From Takakia lepidozioides (taxonomy: Eukaryota; Plantae; Bryophyta): a stretch of 64,000 nt of DNA. The notes under the pieces are model-generated. The model made no database searches, was not told where the DNA came from, and was given only the letters and a program-made list of their open reading frames with translations. This document shows, piece after piece, positions 22,946 to 36,701 of this stretch (position 1 is the first letter of the stretch; every line of letters begins with the position of its first letter). Location: the NCBI GenBank assembly GCA_030704615.1, contig CM060734.1:25854001-25918000 (forward strand), read 5' to 3'. The translations under genes were made by a program, and so were the position numbers.

Positions 22946-23582
22946 TTGATGTGGGGAGAATTGAGAATTGAGAACAAAGTGGTTTGTTTGTTTTTGCAAT
23001 GTACTCAAGTCTGTGAGGTCCACAAAACAACAAATATATTGAAGGAACAATCCGGGCAGTCCATGCAACCCCCATCTCCAACAATAGTTTGGAACCATGA
23101 ATGTGAATTCCATGCACACATTGCAAAGAGGACAATAAGGACACACAACCATCCCATTTCAAATTTGTCCCAGAATTAAACCAAAAGAATACTTCATATC
23201 AAGTGTCGCAGTCATCACAATCAATGTCCACCTCCTGTGCTATGTCATCTACAAAGATTCTGGCCCCAACACCACGTGTTCTACGAAGGCCATCGCAAGG
23301 TGGACTCTGAGTGCCATGAACGGACATGCTTGCTGCGAGTGCCTCCGCATAGACAGGTAGCACACAAGACCGAGGAGGACTGAAAACAAGTCCAAATAGG
23401 TGTGATAGCCCAGGAGGGCAAGTGGAAGCACGCGGACTCCTACACATGTCCACAAAATCCCATTTTTAACACAATGATGCAATGCACAAGTCCAACGAAG
23501 AGGATGTCTCCCATGTGCACTTTGCCTCAAGAACAGCGATTCTCGATATTGAAACAACAATGCAAGCATGCACAGGTTCAAC

Positions 23583-26500
23583 TTACTCACAGGCAAAGTC
23601 GGAGTCCAGCTCCTTGTCAGAAGTCTCCTCTGTACCAGTATCAGCGGGACGGGGCTTCGGAAGGACCTGAGAAGTGTGTCCACCCAAACCCATCAGGAGG
23701 TTCTTGTAAATCTCAGCATCCCCTTCAATCCCAAAGACATGTCGCGCACTGGCCTTGCAAGCGTGGTACGAAGCACCTGCAGTGGAATAGAATGAAGTAA
23801 GCAGACATTGAAGACACATTCGGAACGGTGGAAAGTGCTGAAAGTGCAAGCTCAATCAAACCTCATGAAATGTGAATGTTGAAGAGACGAACCTGTGCCC
23901 ATCGACAAATCCAGAACTCTGGCGTCTGTGTAGGTGCAGCACTCCACAATCGTTTGAATGAAAGCCGGGCTCCTCTCCCTCGCCCCTCTCCAAGGAACCC
24001 CATTCCCCTTCGCAAGCACACGTTGCTGTCGACGTAGTTGTGATGCATGTCATCCGTGGGAGGATCTGTCCTGTCATCTATGAACTTGCCCCCGTGAGTG
24101 ATGGCAAACTCCGTAATGCCGGCCGGAGTCGTTGGTGGATGCACCCGGACGAGACAAACAGCTTCAAACAGACGAGTCTGCGAACATGACATCCACAAGG
24201 AACTAAGAACCAAAATAAAATCGGGCCCCTACATATGAGTTGGAGCGACCTATACAACACAATCCCAGAACAAAAAAGAAGAGGAAGAAGAAGGGAAACT
24301 CACCATCTCTCCCGGACGATCCCCTTCGTAAGGTACATGCTGTTCACACAATTCCATGTCTTCACGACTCTCATGCCCGAGGCTTTCAAATAGCTGGCAA
24401 GGGCACGGCGACACCGAACATCGATGGACTGGATGAGAACCAAAACACCTGCATCGGAAAGGAAGAAGTTGCAAAAGGAAAAAACCCACCGCCAGTAGCG
24501 CTCATCAAATGCATTCCAACCCGGACAAGCACCCGATGGAGGGATATCCGGGACTGCCAACCCATCAGGGATGTCCAAGATGATGAGTTCCGCTGCATAT
24601 GGCTTCTCCTTCCCGTTCACCCACGATTTGGTCATTTTAGCCTGCAAACAAAAATACAATGGAATTCTGACAAGTTTATAAACGATCCATGCCCACAGCA
24701 GACAAAGAGAGCAGAAGCCACAGAACCCAAAGAGAACACGCACCGTGCTGAGGAACTCGACAATCCTCTCCCACACTGGTGATGGCTCGCCCTTGTAATC
24801 AGATTTCTTCGACTCCATCATTGCAAGGAACCCGACGTTGGCAATCTCCAACCTGGTTGGACGAATGACCCTCGTGGGATGTTCCACTGCATGGTACGGG
24901 TCCTTGGGATCAACCACCCCCTTGTTTTTTCTCCCGGATCCCCTACCATGCGGTGGAGTCTGCTGGACATGCTCCACAGGGCCAATAGCTGCAACACTTC
25001 CCTGCCCTTGTGCCACCTTCCCTCTACCCCTTCCCTTCCCCACAACACCAGCAACATCTTTTCCCTTTGCCTTTCTTCCTCTACCCGGGGTATCCTGAGC
25101 GGGAGGCTCCTTCTCTGCAAGAGTCCTCAGATTACGCTCATGAATGTCGAGGTCCGCTGCTGCGGCAGTGGCTGCAATACGGTCATTCTCTCTCCTCAAA
25201 GACAACTCTACAGCTGGGGTCTCTGAAGGAGGGCAATCCAAATACCAACCACAAGAAGAAAGATGGTCTGGACCCCAGTCATGCAAGATCCCAGCAGTGA
25301 ACATGGTCTGGTTGCCAGCAGGGACAAGCCAAAGGTCCACGAAATCTGGATGTTTGTCCAAGCAATTCTCTTCCAAGAGAACAAACTTAATGTACCTGCA
25401 GGAACAGACACAGCCTCATTTTCCAATGCACATATTGTGTCCCAGCTTTTTCAACACACCAGGAAGACCCCCTTAAACAGTATGCCACACAACACATTGC
25501 AACCACAACACAAGCAAAGAGTGCAAGGGTGTGCACCTGTAAAGGCATCGTTTCCAGGCTTCCTCTCCTTTTTCCTGCTGGTCAAGCTCATTTGTTCGAC
25601 TGATGCCACCCTCCTTGCTGAACTCTCTAAAGAAACCAGAGTGCCACACTGTGGCTCTCCATTTCCTCATGTATGCTTCGAAGGAGACCTTCGGAGCTGT
25701 CATAGTGATGCCATAGTCAGCCAGCTGAGTATGCAGAACCGATCGGGCCCTTTCTTCCAACTGCAAAACAATTGAAATGGAAGAATGAACCCAAAAACAG
25801 TCACAGCGAATGTAAGAGGCAATGGGAAGAGAAGGACAGGAAAAGAGAAAAGAAAGTGAGATACAAGAGGACATCACACCTGGCTCCAGTAAGTGGCCTT
25901 GTGAAGCCAGGTGTCCAGCACATTGTCACTGACAGGAACGACACGCTGGGTCTTCTTCTCCTTCTCTGGCCTTGGGAACATGTGGGTATCCCTAACTATG
26001 GGATCGGAGTTCCATATCTGTAGCCACTTCACCTTCTGTTCAGAAGACACGACGGCGGTAGACAACCTGTGCAACTTCTCCTGGGCCATCTCCGGCTTGC
26101 CTGGCTTGTTATAATGGTTTTTTATCTCCAGGAGAAACTGCGGCCCGAATGATGGGTCGGCCATTCTCAACTGCTTCACAAAAGCACTCATTATTGTCCT
26201 TCTTGTAGCGTTCATCTCCTTCTGGATGTGACTTTCAACCCCCTTTGCTGTCCTTCTCTCCTCAGGGGTAGAGCTGTAGTATTCCAGTTTGCCACGCTCC
26301 CCTGCATCTGCAATGTCTTGCTGCAAGGGAATGCAAGAGAGTTGCATCAATCCAAGGTCAAGGGAGACAGACAGAAACAAACATGTGGAAGCAGGAATAT
26401 GGAAAGGCCAGATGAAGGAAGATGTATCTCACCGTGTACATGTACTCCATGAAAGCCTCACGGGTCAACGAGTACCATGTTTCCGAAGTCTTGGAGCTTT

Positions 26501-27322
26501 CGCATTTCTTATACATCTCTGCCGAAAGGATGGTCTTGAAGTTGGTCAAGGGCATCTGCCCGATCCTTTGTATCCTATAAAGTGTGTGAACCAGACTCGT
26601 TTTGACATGCGATGTCTCCGTCCCTCTGCAGAATGATATCTGAATTTCAGAATGTAATTCAAGGACTTGAATCAAGGAAGAACGGAACCAGAAGTGCAAC
26701 ATGTACAATGAGAAACCAACCTGTTCACATCATTCATTGCCGTCAGAAGACCCATCATGTTGTCGTCACAATCAAGCACCATCGATCGAACAGAGTAATG
26801 CCACTCTTCCTCCTGTGAGTGCAGCCTCCCAATGACAGCCATCCATGCAAGCAACCGGTGGTTGCCATCCCAAACGTGAAACATCTTCCCCGAGAATACT
26901 TGGGTGGAAGGTTTCCTGGAGAGAAGAAGTTCGAAGGATTCGTTCACCTGTCTCCAAATGGGGTCCCAGGAGTCGACGATTGACTCATCCAAAAGGAGCT
27001 CGTTACCTCTAGAATCCCTAGTAGAAACGTAAAAGACTGCGGATCCATCCAAATACCCATGAACAAACTCGGCCTCCAGCTTGAGAATGTCTTTGACAAG
27101 GGGTGGACGAACGACGGGCATGGAAACCAACCTACACAGGGGAATCTTCAACCTCCCACCAGGAGCAAGCATACTTTGAACCACAAGCTGAGAGTTCACC
27201 TTTTGACCCCCCAGCATCTCAGCGGCTTTGCTTTCATAAAACTCATCGTCAACATCAACTATGGTCTCCTTCCCCTGACCCTGAGGGACCTCATCCGCCA
27301 CACTTTGCATTTTCTCCTGCAA
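23583..27322 (-). pseudogene. Element B gene 2: multi-exon ParB/Srx-like + beta-class amino-MTase-like protein
   Basis: LKIPLCRLVSMPVVRP..MFHVWDGNHRLLAWM..AMNDVN (~26720-27160); ELIILDIPDG..FLSDAG (~24440-24600); RSPAFIQTIVECCTYTDARVLDLSMGT|GASYHACKASARHVFGIEGD (~23700-23990). Intron in the same GTG position as in A. A possible first exon lies at 31460-31900. Confidence 0.8.
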
Positions 27323-27539
27323 GGTTGTTCACTCAAATTCTTATAAGAGAGGAATGAAACGTCGACCGATGCATGAAAAAGTGGGATAAAAAGGTAAGTG
27401 TTCTTTGAGCTGCCAGGTAAGTGTTCATTGATCCTCACGGACCTGCACTATGTTCCCGATTTTCACAGGGAAAGAACATTGAAAAGTTCTGCTCAAATAT
27501 CTGCCCATGAGGGCCGAAAGTTGCGCCCTTCAATATTCA

Positions 27540-30500
27540 TATGTTCTGCCTAAACAGTGTGCGGTTCCGTAGACTGTTTGAGCTGACAGTGAAGGGTTCA
27601 TTTTATACTCAGAAATGTGCCCCTGAAATCCAAATTTTGCACCCAGAAACATTGAAATGCTCAGCTCAAACAGTGTGCGTTGCCGCACACTGTTTGGGCT
27701 GACAGTGAAGGATTCATCTCATCCTCAGAGGGGTGCCCCTGAAGTCCAAATTTTGCAGCCTGAAACATTGAAGTGTTCAGCTCAAACAGAGTGCGTTGCC
27801 GCACACTGTCTGAGCTGGCAGTGAAGGGTTCATTTCACCCTAACATAACAGACATCAAGACCAAATTTTGAACCCTAAAACATTGAAAAGGTCTGCTCAA
27901 ACAGTGTGCGTTGCCGCACGCTGTTTGAGCTGGTTTTGAAGGGTTCATTTCATCCTCAGATAACAGACAGCAAAGACCAAATTTTGCACCCTTAAACATT
28001 GAAATGTTCAGCTCAAACAGTGTGCGTTGCCGCACACTGTCTGAGCTGGCAGTGAAGGGTTCATTTCACCCTCACATAACAGACATCAAGACCAAATTTT
28101 GCACCCTAAAACAGGGAAATGTTCAGCTCAAACAGTGTGCGTTGCCGCACACTGTTTGAGCTGGCAGCACAGTGTTCATTTCATCCTGAGATAGGTGCCC
28201 CTGAAGTCCAAATTTTGCATTAAGAAACATTGAAGTGCTCAGCTCAAACAGTGTGCGTTGCCGCACACTGTTTGGGCTGACAGTGAAGGGTTGATCTCAT
28301 CCTCAGAGACGTGCCCCTGAAGTCCAAATTTTGCACCCCAGAACATTGAAATGTTCAGCTCAAACAGTGTGCGTTGCCGCACACTGTCTGAGCTGGCAGT
28401 GAAGGGTTCATTTCACCCTCACATAACAGACATCAAGACCAAATTTTGCACCCTAAACAGGGAAATGTTCAGCTCAAACAGTGTGCGTTGCCGCACACTG
28501 TTTGAGCTGGCAGCACAGTGTTCATTTCATCCTGAGATAGGTGCCCCTGAAGTCCAAATTTTGCATTAAGAAACATTGAAGTGCTCAGCTCAAACAGTGT
28601 GCGTTGCCGCACACTGTTTGAGCTGACAGTGAAGGGTTGATCTCATCCCAGAGACGTGCCCCTGAAGTCCAAATTTTGCACCCCAGAACATTGAAATGTT
28701 CAGCTCACACAGTGTGCGTTGCCGCACACTGTCTGAGCTGGCAGTGAAGGGTTCATTTCACCCTCACACAGGTGCCCCTGAAGTCCAAATTTTGCACCCA
28801 GAAACATTGAAATGCTCAGCTCAAACAGTGTGCGTTGCCGCACACTGTCTGAGCTGGCAGTGAAGGGTTCATTTCACCCTCACACAGGTGCCCCTGAAGT
28901 CCAAATGCTCAGCTCAAACAGTGTGCGTTGCCGCACACTGTCTGAGCTGGCAGTGAAGGGTTCATTTCACCCTCACACAGGTGCCCCTGAAGTCCAAATT
29001 TTGCACCCAGAAACATTGAAATGCTCAGCTCAAACAGTGTGCGTTGCCGCACACTGTCTGAGCTGGCAGTGAAGGGTTCAATTCACCCTCACACAGGTGC
29101 CCCTGAAGTCCAAATTTTGCACCCAGAAACATTGAAATGCTCAGCTCAAACAGTGTGCGTTGCCGCACACTGTCCGAGCTGGCAGTGAAGGGTTCATTTC
29201 ACCCTCACACAGGTGCCCCTGAAGTCCAAATTTTGCACCCAGAAACATTGAAATGCTCAGCTCAAACAGTGTGCGTTGCCGCACACTGTCTGAGCTGGCA
29301 GTGAAGAGTTCATTTCACCCTCACACAGGTGCCCCTGAAGTCCAATTTTTGCACCCAGAAACATTGAAATGCTCAGCTCAAACAGTGTGCGTTGCCGCAC
29401 ACTGTCTGAGCTGGCAGTGAAGGGTTTATTTCACCCTCACACAGGTGCCCCTGAAGTCCAAATTTTGCACCCAGAAACATTGAAATGCTCAGCTCAAACA
29501 GTGTGCGTTGCCGCACACTGTTTGGGCTGACAGTGAAGGGTTCATTTCATCCGCAAACAGGTGCCCCTGAAGACCAAATTTTGCACCTATAACATTGAAA
29601 TGTTCAGCTCAAACAGTGTGCGTTGCCGCACACTGTTTGGGCTGACAGTGAAGGGTTCATTTCATCCTCAAACAGGTGCCCCTGAAGACCAAATTTTGCA
29701 CCCAGAAACATTGAAATGTTCAGCTCGAACAGTGTGCGTTGCCGCACACTGTTTGGGCTGACAGTGAAGGGTTCATCTATCCTCAGAGAGGTGCCTCTGA
29801 AGTCCAAATTTTGCACCCTGAAACATTGAAGTGTTCAGCTCAAACAGTGTGCGTTTGCCGCACACTGTTTGGGCTGACATTGAAGGGTTCATTTCATCCT
29901 CAAACTGGTGCCCCTGAAGTCCAAATTTTGCACCCTGGAACATTGAAGTGTTCAGCTCAAACAGTATGCGTTGCCGCACACTGTTTCAGCTGACAGTGTA
30001 GGGTTCATTTCATCCTCAGATAGGTGCCCCTGGAGTTCAAATTTTCCACCCAGAAACATTGAAATGCTCAGCTCAAACAGTGTGTGTTGCCGCACACTGT
30101 CTGAGCTGGCAGTGAAGGGTTCATTTCACCCTCACATAACAGACATCAAGACCAAATTTTGCACCCTAAAACATTGAAATGTTCAGCTCAAACAGTGTGC
30201 GTTGCCGCACACTGTTTGAGCTGGCAGCACATTGTTCATTTCATCCTGAGATAGGTGCCCCTGAAGTCCAAATTTTGCACCAAGAAACATTGAAGTGCTC
30301 AGCTCAAACAGTGTGCGTTGCCGCACCCTGTTTGGGCTGACAGTGAAAGTGTTCATTTCAATCCTCAAACAGGTGCCCCTGAAGACCAAATTTTGCACCC
30401 AGAAAATTGAAATGTTCAGCTCGAACAGTGTGCGTTGCCGCACACTGTTTGGGCTGACAGTGAAGGGTTCATCTCATCCTCAGAGAGGTGCCTCTGAAGT

Positions 30501-31400
30501 CCAAATTTTGCACCCTGAAACATTGAAGTGTTCAGCTCAAACAGTGTGCGTTGCCGCACACTGTTTGGGCTGACATTGAAGGGTTCATTTCATCCTCAAA
30601 CTGGTGCCCCTGAAGTCCAAATTTTGCACCCTGAAACATTGAAGTGTTCAGCTCAAACAGTATGCGTTGCCGCACACTGTTTAAGCTGACAGTGTAGGGT
30701 TCATTTCATCCTCAGATAGGTGCCCTGGAGTTCAAATTTTCCACCCTGAAACATTGAATGTTCAGCTCAAACAGTGTGCGTTGCCGCACACTGTTTGAGC
30801 TGGCAGTGCAGGGTTCATTCCATCCTCAGAAAGGTACCCATGAAGTCCAAATTTTGCACCCTTAAACATTGAAATGTTCAGCTCAAACAGTGTGCGTTGC
30901 CGCACACTGTTTGAGCTGGCATTGCAGGGTTCACTCCATCCTCAGAAAGGTACCCATGAAGTCCAAATTTTGCACCCTTAAACATTGAAATGTTCAGCTC
31001 AAACAGTGTGCGTTGCCGCACACTGTTTGAGCTGGCAGTGCAGGGTTCATTCCATCCTCAGAAAGGTGCCCCTGAAGTCCAGATTTTGCACCAGAAACAT
31101 TGAAATGTTCAGCTCAAATAGTGTGCGGCGCCGCACACTGTTTGGGCTGGCTGGGAAGGGTTCATTTCACCTGCAGATAACTGACTCCAAGGCCAAATTT
31201 TGCACCCTACAACATTGAAAAGATCTGCTCAAACAGTGTGCGTTGCCGCACACTGTTTGAGCTGGCAGTGCGGGGTTCATTTCATCCTCAGAAAGGTGTC
31301 GTTGAAGGAAGAATTTTGCACCCTTAAACAGTGACATGTGCAGCTCAAACAGTGTGCGGCAACGCACACTATTTGAGCTGCCGCTGAATGGTTCTTTCTT
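27540..31400. repeat. Element B tandem array, 116-bp unit, ~33 copies, each with an 18-bp-arm inverted repeat
   Basis: Units at 29010, 29126, 29242; core CAGCTCAAACAGTGTGCG-TTGC-CGCACACTGTTTGAGCTG. Confidence 0.95.
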
Positions 31401-31467
31401 TCACAAATACCTGCCATTGAAAGCCGAATTCTTCACAAATATGGGTCCTGTACATTTTACCTTTTTC

Positions 31468-31920
31468 CTAGCTACTCGAGAAGACTCCCCAGTTGCCGGG
31501 GACCCTTTCCGCTTCGGGCTGCTCTCTTCGCCGACTATGTAGGTGAGCCTCTCCCCTTCCTCTTTCCGTGGTCAGATCGTTCGTGAGGCCAGTGTCAACA
31601 TCTTCCTCCATGTCGTCTGTCTCTCCCTCAGACGCAGTGTCCTCCTCGCCTGTTCCTGGAACTATGGTGGGTTGTTGTTCTTCTCCAGATTCCTGCTCCT
31701 CCATCGCCACACTTTCCTGTATTCCCTCTTCTTCCTCCTTTTCCTCTTCCTCCACTCTTTCCATCCTCATTCTATATCTAGCTCTATTCCTGTTTCTAGA
31801 ACTCGTGAAGTATAATGACTTCCTTCTCTTTCTCCTCCGCTGGAAACAAGGGCTCCCCACGATGCCCCTGGAGCTCTCCAGTTTGACGTTTGCAACAAGT
31901 GCTGGTATCGCATGTAACAA
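31468..31920 (-). CDS. Basic/acidic ORF, probable first exon of element B gene 2
   Basis: RRRKRRKSLYF resembles RRKLKALYYG (A) and RRKLRKLYFG (C) at the equivalent gene 5' position. Confidence 0.4.
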   Translation of the reverse strand: MLHAIPALVANVKLESSRGIVGSPCFQRRRKRRKSLYFTSSRNRNRARYRMRMERVEEEEKEEEEGIQESVAMEEQESGEEQQPTIVPGTGEEDTASEGETDDMEEDVDTGLTNDLTTERGRGEAHLHSRRREQPEAERVPGNWGVFSSS

Positions 31921-32713
31921 AAATAAAAATGGACGTTGTCAACCGTATTTGGATGCGGGTGTTGATATTGTGTGCGAACGGAATTCATCCATTTTGTCGT
32001 CTTTGTATTACCCAGCTAATAAAGCGCCGAAGAAAAAGAACATCCGTTGCATGCATTTGCGATATATGTCAGATGTACTTCGCCGCCTGCCAATACATGG
32101 CGGCCTCCTTGCCTTCTTTCAAATTCGAATGCGCCGTAGAAATGTAGTGCTTTTTCAATTCCGAGCAGTTCTTCCAGATTCGCAATAATTGTTATGCTTC
32201 ACATATGCATCCACGTGTGTTGTACTGCATGCCCTGTGGTTTTTTTTTATGCCGTGACCGTCCCCATGGGGTCATTCGGTATAAAGGATTGTGTCGGATA
32301 TGACCATGTGTTGCACACATTCGTGCGAGGTATCTCTTGGAGTGTCGGTGTTTGTTCTGTGCTATTCTGGCGCAACACAATCTCATTACAATCGGATCTT
32401 CCTGTTTACTGCTCTCCAGGGTTGTTGCCGTCATTTCATAATGGATGGTTTCATGTCATTTTCAGGGTTTGTTTTCCATCCAAAAACAGTACGGCTTCTT
32501 GTGGCTCTGGTCTTTCAAAACGGTTTTTCTGGTTGGTGGGAGGTGAAGGTGCACGTCATCCCTACATCCTTGGCATGCATCGCCGGCAGCCTTTGGTTTG
32601 GTGCTACCCTTGTTGACCTCAGTTTGCTGGTGGTATTTCCACTTTCGATAATTACGGGCTCTCAGTTCGGGGATTCCGTTCTGAATCGGCAGTTTCGTTC
32701 AGTGCTGGAAAAC

Positions 32714-35700
32714 ATGTCGAGGGAGCGAGATGCACTCGCTCGATTCCATTCCAATGCAGGTACTCTTCCACTGACTGCCACTGCAGACGACGATGGGTAT
32801 GCAGTTGTTCATGAGGATGAGCTGGTTACAGTGTTCCCGCTGGAGTTGGGTTCTCTGCTTGTTCAGAAAGAGGTGTATGACGAGGATGGGAATTTGGATT
32901 CTGGGCACTTGGAGAAACCCTTGGTTGGCGAGTGTGGAAGGAAGTGGAGAGTCCTTCCAGGAACATACCGTGTCCTTGGAAAAGAGAGAAGACAATCAGC
33001 AGGATCAGTCGTTACCCCTGGCACTGCAGCATCGGTCGTGCAACAGAAGGGCACAGTTCCTGTGAAACAAGAGGTGAGCACATCCACTACCTTCGTTACT
33101 CTTTCGGACTCGTCCTCGGAGGATGTTTCTGAGATTCCTCCGCCAGTGCAAACTCCCTTATTGGATGATGACGAATTGCAAGAGATAACAAGTGTCATTC
33201 CAAAATTGAAAGCCCTCGCAGGTGTGCCTGGGTGCAAGAGCGAGCTACGTTTTGTTGATTGGGAGTCCCTTCCAGTGCAACGGGTTCAATACGTGCCAGC
33301 TCAGTTTGATGGGGACATCTTGTTTGAGCTCAACCCTCCCACGTCTTCCAGTGGACTGGCTGGGCTTCTGCAGGGCATGGACAAGAAACATGACGGACAT
33401 CCTTGGTGCAGGACAAAAACTTCGAACATCCATAACGACATTGGCTTGAAATTTCGGAGGTCGGTTTGCGTTGGGCATTGCAAGTGCCTGAATATTTCTT
33501 GCCCTCGGCTGAGAAACAGCGCTCAGCCAAACGAAAGTGAGTGGGAAGGTGTGCCCCTGAATCCTTTCACCCCAGGGCTTGCACCTCCCAAGACCAATAC
33601 TTTTGTGTGCAGGTTCTGCAAACTTTCCCCGTCCTGTGTTTCTGTTTGCCACGCTCGTATGTATCAGGTGGCACATCGATGCAAGACAATGACTCGTGCC
33701 TGCATTCATATGGGTGCACACGAGCATCCTGTGTCCAAAGGGAGTTGCAGGGATAGCGTGGACATCGCTAGAAATCTACTGAAGCAAGAGTTCCATAATG
33801 CCCCTTCTGCAACACCTTCTGCTATAGCGCTTGCAGCTAGCAAGGCATTCCTGGAAAAACACATACTGGGTGAAGGGGATGCGACACAGCCAATGCTGGA
33901 TGCAGATTCCCTTGAGGCAGTCATGGACCATTTCTCCGTGTTGAGCTCTCCCAATATTCGAAACCAGGTGAATGCACTCAGAATGGGCACAGGCACTGCT
34001 GGATTCATGGACAACATTATGGACCTCAAACGGAGGAGTCGCTATGAATTCATTCAAAACAGTATCTTCCCTGGCCAGGGCTCGTCCAAAGTGTATTTGT
34101 TCAAGATGTCCGCTGTGGGCCAAGGCAGTGGTGTGAGCATTGTCCGCCGAATGCAACCTGGAGGAGATTTGGCTAAATGTTGGTTAATGTTTGATCACTG
34201 CAAACGGGTGAAGGGTTGGACAACCATGGCGTGCCATGTGTATGATCCAGCGTACCAGCGTGTGCTCTCCATAGCAATTTGTGATATGCAGTCGGAGGAC
34301 ACTGAATCCCAGATGCTCATGTGGAATTCCCTCCTGACCGTCATGCAGCGCAATGGAATACAGAACACAAATTTTGCGGGCTTCATGGCTGATAGTGCAC
34401 AGGCAAATTTCAATGCAGTGCGGCGCGTGTTTGGTTCTGGGGATCCTAAGGTCCCCATGGAAAATAGGGAGCGCACATGCCTCTTCCATTGGAGTCAATC
34501 TCTGGCACGTCATACAAAGCGCTGCATTCGCCCTGACCTTCAGTTGGAGCATAGAAGGCTCTGTCTGAAGTACAAGAATGCCACCTCAATGGGAGAAGCT
34601 GAGAGCACTTACCAGGCAATCCGGGCTTGGTGGTTCTTCGCTGGTGCTGCTACAGGTATCCACCTGAAGGAGTTGGAGGACTGGTTGGTTTTCTGGCACT
34701 TCAGGTACAGACAGTGGGGAGCTTTCATGACGACGGTAAGCCTCACAAGTTTTCCTTAAACACAAATTGCACTTTGCATCGTGCCTGTTCATTTGGGGTT
34801 GTTCGATTGTCACTTGAAGAACCTCTACCATTTCTTTTCCTTCCTCACATTTCCATGCAATGCCTCCTGCAGGACATGTCCTTGGAGGACTTGGCCGACA
34901 TGCCATCGTGTAATTTGGCAGAGACTGTTCACAACGCCTGGATGCAACAGTCTACCAAAGCAGGTCGTGACTTGTATGTGGCCACTGCTGATGACATGGT
35001 GCGGGCACTTACACAACAAACCAGGTACCGCAATTTTCTGATGGGACGGGGTGGAGGGAAGGGCCCCGATTCGACTTTGTTGATGCTAAGGGCTGCGAGT
35101 AGGTCCGGAGACCCGTCAAAGATGGCCAGAGCTCTAAACAGGTGCACTGAAGGCTCCCCTCTGCAATCCAGGCTCCCCCATTTGGAAGGCGAGGAAAGAT
35201 TTTGGATCATGCAAAAGGAAATTAAACACTCTTCCAGGGTCAGATGGAGATTCCCATAGGCCAGACAGGGTCAATTTCTCTGTGCCAAAGGTGTCTCCAG
35301 TGCAGACTAAGTCCTGTGCCGGCCCCTTCCCAGGTGGGTCCTCCTCCTGTGGAGCAGGTGCAGAACATGCAAGCATAGCAGCGGAAATCCCATTGGAGGA
35401 GGTGGTGGCCATGGTGCAGGAATCTGATTGCATTGATAGTGACTGGCATATAGAACGCACCCCACCAGGATCTAGAGTGGCTTGCATGGCAATTCGGACC
35501 CCCTCTTTCAAGAAATGCAAATCAAAAATATGCAAAGGCTCCAGGGGGACTCCAGCTCCAACATTCACAGGGTTGTTCCGACCTTACCATAGTGGGGAGT
35601 CAAAAGAACACAAGTTTTGGTTCTGCCCAGACGATATGGCACGATGCGTGAAGGGAACAGTTCGTCCTTCCGTGATAATGAAGCCCCCTCCCCCGCAATT

Positions 35701-36285
35701 TGGCCTGTGAAAATTGGGACATCGCTGTCCTCAACCGAGATAAGCATGCTGGAGGAGGGAGGGTTTTGTCTTGCACGGTCCCGGGTGGTGCCCTTATGCA
35801 CTGTCGGCACAGATGTGCCACATGCTCCGACAATGCCTCCACCCGGTGCCGACTCCCACCCAACAAAAAGAGATGGAAAAACAGTGCGCCGTGTTGCTTC
35901 GGGTGCAGATCACGAATGCAAGATGGAATCGGCTAGAATTTTGCAGGCTACGGTGACTCGTATCACCGAAGTCCCTTCCCCGGGGTATGGACGGATTTAC
36001 ACAGTGCTGTCAATTGGCTCAGTTCTTCATGCCAAAGAATATCAAGTTACCATTGGGAATTTCCCATCGTGCACTTGTCCGGATTTTGTAACGATGCGTG
36101 AGGGCGCTCTCGGCATGAGAGGGAAGTGGGTCCCCTGCAAGCATCAATATTACATATACCTTGTAATTATGTGTTGCGACGGTAAGAGAGACCAATTCAT
36201 TCACCAAGCCACACTAGGCTACGGAGAAGTCATCACCCTTCTGCAGCGGGACACCTCGCGTAGAGCTCCGCCAACTTCTCTTTGA
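32714..36285 (+). pseudogene. Element B Mutator-family transposase (GCM-like, DDE, SWIM); frameshifts in exon 2
   Basis: DGHPWCRTKTSNIHN..SVCVGHCKC..CRFC..HMGAHEHP; WLMFDH, FMADSAQA, CLFHW, SCNLAETVH; CTCPDF..PCKH. Intron 34736-34872. Confidence 0.88.
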
Positions 36286-36599
36286 ACACATACGAGCCAT
36301 GCCCGCTTCCCATGCTGGTTTCCAGGTTGCCGTGTGAAGACTTTTCATTTTATGACAAACATATACATTTCGTTCACTTGTGAGGGCAAATGCACTTGCG
36401 ATTCATTGTAAGCGTCTCTCTGTGAATTGAAATAAACTGTGTCAATCATTCTGAGCTCAAATCTGCCATGTTTACATATTCCTCTTTTTTGGCATGCATT
36501 GCAGACATGGTGCATGGTGGCCTCCTTTGTTTTGTCCACGGTAATAGGCCCTCTTCCTGCAATCCTCGCCTATAGGACCTGCTTCTCCAGCAGATTCAT

Positions 36600-36701
36600 G
36601 CCGCTCACGCTTCCCTGAAGCGTGAGCTCAGCTCACGCTTCAAAGCTTGAATGTGAGCTCAGCTCCCAGGCTCACGGGGCTGGGCTCACGCCGTAGCTAC
36701 G
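36600..36701 (-). repeat. Element B right TIR/subterminal GCTCAC repeats
   Basis: GGCTCACGGGGCTGGGCTCACGCCGTAGCTACG followed by the TSD. Confidence 0.75.

Larger units (their letters stand above)
22796..36701. mobile_element. Element B: ~13.9 kb Mutator-like transposon of the same family, inserted in G3 pol
   Basis: CTGGCTCGTGCA duplicated at 22784-22795 and 36702-36713. Ends GGGGGGTGCTATTCCGTGAGC and (rc) CGTAGCTACGGCGTGAGC with GTGAGC repeats. Removing it rejoins RNase H to integrase (LSRNPCTSQ*DDTGARW). Confidence 0.92.
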
